Shown here piece by piece: positions 61,014 through 64,000 of a stretch of DNA of 64,000 nt. Each line of letters starts with the position of its first letter. The stretch's first letter is position 1. The translations under genes were made by a program, and so were the position numbers. Source of the DNA: Nitrospirota bacterium (GTDB taxonomy: Bacteria; JACPQY01); contig JACPAV010000008.1 in NCBI GenBank assembly GCA_016180645.1, forward strand, positions 1-64,000, given 5' to 3'. Under the pieces are notes generated by a model. That model worked only from the letters and a program-made list of their open reading frames with translations. It was not told where the DNA came from and ran no database searches.

Positions 61014-63043
61014 AAATCTGCATTCTGTTGGAGCCTCTTTGTTTTTCGCGAGGTGGGTGCAAAAACGCCCATTTCCAATCGGAGGTACTCCCCGAGGGAC
61101 CACGCCTGGAACGGGCAGCCGCGAGAGATATGTGGCGGCTCGGCATCTGCAATTTCTGAGATGTGCCCCAGTCCCGCTTCGTCCAGGTGCGCCCGGAGTC
61201 CCGGCAGGAAGCGTGACCTCGCCTCCCGTTTCGCGTTCTCCGAACTTCCACGCACCCGAATCCATGCTTCCACGAACGGTCCCATCAGCCACGGCCAGAC
61301 CGTCCCCTGATGATAGGCGCCATCGCGTTGGTGCACCCCGCCTTCGTATCGCGCCGCGTACCCGGATTCGCCGGGGGCCAGAGTTCGCAGTCCCATGGGA
61401 GTGAGGAGCCGGTTTTCTACGACTTCCACAACTTGTGTGGCGGCATTGCGGTCAAGCAATGAGAATGGCAGACCGCCTACCGCAAAGATCTGGTTTGGGC
61501 GAAGGCCTGCGTCATTCCGTCCCGGCTCGTGATCCACGTCGACCACGTCGAAGAGACAGCCGCGACCGGAATTCCAGAATCGTGCTCGAAATGTTTTCTG
61601 TAGGCTCTCGAAGGGGCCGAGGGAGCCTCCCTCCAGTTCGCCCAGGATCCGGACCGCGTTCAACCACAGCGCCTGGATCTCGACCGGTTTTCCGATGCGA
61701 GGCGTGACAGGCCGTCCGTCCACTCTCGCATCCATCCAGGTGAGCTGTGTTCCGGTCTCACCGCATGCGAGAAGTCCGTCGTGGTCCTGATGAATCCCGT
61801 AGCGAGTGCCCCTGGCGTAGCCGTCCAGAATGGCCCGAACCGCCGAAACCAACCGGACGCGCAACTCCTCGGTCACCTTGAATCGCCTTGACGCGGCCAG
61901 GCGCAGAAACTCATAGACCGCCACCACGAACCAGAGCGAGGCGTCCACCGAATTGAATTCCGGCTCTCCGCCCGAATCGGGAAACCGATTCGGAAGCATG
62001 CCCTCCGATACCATGTCTGACCAATTCGAGAGAATGTCGTGAGCCTCCCCGAATCGGCCTGTAGCCAGACACAGTCCTCGGAGCGAGATGAACGTATCCC
62101 GCCCCCAATCGGTGAACCACGGATAGCCGGCCACAAGAGTCTTGCCTTCTCCCCGCTTGGTGGCATCCAGCCAGTCGCGGGACGGCCATGCCGTCCTGGC
62201 GCCGCCTCGTCGCACCAGGTAAGAATCAGCAGACTGGTGGAGCGGCGAGGAGAAACGCTTGCGTCGGTTCAACTCCGCCTTTCGATGAGCCTCAAAGCGC
62301 GACCTCGCGTCAATGGTGGCGTCCACGGATGAACCGGCCTGCTCAGCCGATAGAATCCAGATCGCCGGGCCTGCCGACAGATCCCACTTCATCACACCGG
62401 GCGATCCGAGATCCTCACTGGAATCCAAGCCCCGGTCCCGCTCTTGGGCGTACAGGAAGTTGCCGTACCAGGTCGGCTCATGGCGGTACGTACCGTTCAT
62501 CCGACTGACCACTCGTGGATGGACGGCATAGGGTCTCCAAGACACGTAACCTTCACCCGCCCCTGACTCAAAGTTGAACGATGGGTTGTTGTGGTGCAAC
62601 GAGTGGTAGTCACGACCTGACAGGAAGGGACGGACACGAAGCCGGCCTGGCTGCTTCTTGCCAAGCACTTTCCAGGAGATGCACACGGATTGTGTCTCGT
62701 GCGGCACGAACAGCTCGTGCAGGAGGCGCGTCCCGTTCTCAAACTGGAACGTCCATGTGGGCCACGGGTCGGGCTTGAAGGAATCGATTCGGGTCATTCC
62801 ATCCGGATGCACCACCTCCGGCAGGTATCGCTGGGAGGTGATCGCATAGCTGCCCTCCGGGGTGTCGACCCAGGCGTCAAACCCGTTGACGAGCACCACA
62901 CGGCCGGCGGGGGGATCCGTGGCGACGAGAAGGAGGGCGTGGTAGCGGCGGCTGCGGATTCCGGAAACTGTTCCTGACGCGAACCCACCGAGGCCGTCCG
63001 CCTCCAGCCATTCCGCGTTGGGATCGAAACCAAGACCCTCCAA
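61010..63043 (-). CDS. Amylo-alpha-1,6-glucosidase (glycogen debranching enzyme, archaeal-type)
   Basis: EWLEADGLGGFASG, AGYPWFTDWGRD, NSVDASLW, QLTWMDA, YHQGTVWPW, QAWS. Confidence 0.9.
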   Translation of the reverse strand: MEGLGFDPNAEWLEADGLGGFASGTVSGIRSRRYHALLLVATDPPAGRVVLVNGFDAWVDTPEGSYAITSQRYLPEVVHPDGMTRIDSFKPDPWPTWTFQFENGTRLLHELFVPHETQSVCISWKVLGKKQPGRLRVRPFLSGRDYHSLHHNNPSFNFESGAGEGYVSWRPYAVHPRVVSRMNGTYRHEPTWYGNFLYAQERDRGLDSSEDLGSPGVMKWDLSAGPAIWILSAEQAGSSVDATIDARSRFEAHRKAELNRRKRFSSPLHQSADSYLVRRGGARTAWPSRDWLDATKRGEGKTLVAGYPWFTDWGRDTFISLRGLCLATGRFGEAHDILSNWSDMVSEGMLPNRFPDSGGEPEFNSVDASLWFVVAVYEFLRLAASRRFKVTEELRVRLVSAVRAILDGYARGTRYGIHQDHDGLLACGETGTQLTWMDARVDGRPVTPRIGKPVEIQALWLNAVRILGELEGGSLGPFESLQKTFRARFWNSGRGCLFDVVDVDHEPGRNDAGLRPNQIFAVGGLPFSLLDRNAATQVVEVVENRLLTPMGLRTLAPGESGYAARYEGGVHQRDGAYHQGTVWPWLMGPFVEAWIRVRGSSENAKREARSRFLPGLRAHLDEAGLGHISEIADAEPPHISRGCPFQAWSLGEYLRLEMGVFAPTSRKTKRLQQNADL

Positions 63044-63058
63044 CAGAATGACCTATTC

Positions 63059-63116
63059 GTAGGGGGGCATCTTTAGATGCTCCTCTTATCGGGAGGGTCT
63101 AAAGACCCCCCCCTAC
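63059..63116. repeat. GTAG-REP doublet, family 1
   Basis: GTAGGGGGGCATCTTTAGATGCTCC...GGGAGGGTCTAAAGACCCCCCCCTAC. Confidence 0.85.
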
Positions 63117-63133
63117 CCATTCTGCCAGGGACT

Positions 63134-64000
63134 CTAGATGGCATGTCGGGCCAAGTCTTGAAACAGTTTTGCAACGAGCGCGGTCCAGCCCGTCTGGTGG
63201 CTGGCTCCCAAGCCCTTGCCGGAGTCTCCGTGGAAATACTCGTAAAAGAGAACCAGGTTCTTCCAATCGGGGTCCCGGGCATATCGCGCGTCGTCACCGT
63301 GGCAGGGCCGTCGTCCTTCCGCGTCCGGCAGGAACAGACGGGACAGCCGCGTGGCCAGTTCGTGGGCCACTTCCGACAGATTCATCCTCCGCCCGGACCC
63401 CGTGGGACATTCCACTCGAAACTTGTCGCCGTAGAAATGGTGATACCGTTCCAGAGCCTCGATGAGCAGGTAGTTCAGCGGGAACCAGATCGGCCCGCGC
63501 CAATTGGAATTTCCCCCGAACAACGCCGTGGTCGATTCTCCGGGAACGTACTCCACGCGATATTCGTCGCCGTTCAAGCCGAAGACGTAGGGATCTTCGC
63601 CGTGCGCCTTCGAGAGCGATCGGATGCCGTAGGGCGACAGGAACTCCTTTTCATCCAGCAGGTAGCGCATGACTCGCTCAAGGCGCCGGCGACTCGGGAT
63701 GGCGAGCAGCCGATGGCTGTGATTTCCCTCCTCCACGGACTCCATGTACGAAATGGTCTCCGCAAGATCCTTCCTGTTTTCCAGAAACCACTTCATTCTT
63801 TTCGAGAAACCCTTCAATCGGCCGATGGTTTCCCAATCCAGAACCTCCACGGCAAGAAGCGGGATGATCCCCACCATCGACCGTACCCGCAGCGGGATGG
63901 TTCGTCCGCCAAGCAGGAGCTGGTCGTAGTAGAACCCATCCTCTTCGTTCCAGAGTCCGGTGCCCCCAAGAGTGTTCATGGCGTCGGTTATCGCTACAAA
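63134..64000 (-). CDS. MGH1-like glycoside hydrolase (GH63), C-terminal part
   Basis: LWNEEDGFYYD, GNSNWRGPIWFPLN, FYEYFHGDSGKGLGASHQTGWT; frame open to the window end. Confidence 0.88.
   Translation of the reverse strand, partial: FVAITDAMNTLGGTGLWNEEDGFYYDQLLLGGRTIPLRVRSMVGIIPLLAVEVLDWETIGRLKGFSKRMKWFLENRKDLAETISYMESVEEGNHSHRLLAIPSRRRLERVMRYLLDEKEFLSPYGIRSLSKAHGEDPYVFGLNGDEYRVEYVPGESTTALFGGNSNWRGPIWFPLNYLLIEALERYHHFYGDKFRVECPTGSGRRMNLSEVAHELATRLSRLFLPDAEGRRPCHGDDARYARDPDWKNLVLFYEYFHGDSGKGLGASHQTGWTALVAKLFQDLARHAI

Noticed and set aside
48923-64000. Pentose-phosphate/glycogen supercluster as a novel system
   Set aside because: The tkt-rpiB-tal/pgi-gnd-zwf-glk-pgl arrangement with GH63 and debranching genes is made of well-known enzymes in a familiar type of cluster.

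Overview
A GC-rich bacterial chromosomal window, mostly core and metabolic genes; a Myxococcota/Deltaproteobacteria/Nitrospirota-like origin is inferred from gene content only. In order: the end of an NHL-repeat gene and a large Ig/FN3/RCC1 surface protein; cimA-comEA-gmk-rpoZ-relA/spoT; queC, queE, a ChdC/Cld-family gene, a Kdo-kinase-like gene and outer-membrane genes; a REC-rich signalling operon ending in a diguanylate cyclase; a 2-hydroxyacyl-CoA dehydratase/activase cluster; tRNA-Ser(CGA); a chemosensory operon whose MshEN-containing cheA is frameshifted at a poly-C tract; a CDF transporter; tRNA-Ser(GCT); a radical SAM/SPASM gene with an uncalled 54-aa precursor-like peptide; GMC oxidoreductase, PfkB and FHA-GGDEF genes; and a pentose-phosphate/glycogen cluster. 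Main signals: (1) both tRNA-Ser genes are bracketed by extra copies of their own 5' and 3' ends, separated by structured ~80-120 nt units rich in GGA hairpins resembling CsrA/RsmA sites; (2) a putative rSAM RiPP pair; (3) GTAG-type REP palindromes and heptamer repeats, several translated in frame inside proteins; (4) apparent CTG/ACG starts and leaderless promoters. All calls come from reading the sequence; no database searches were run.
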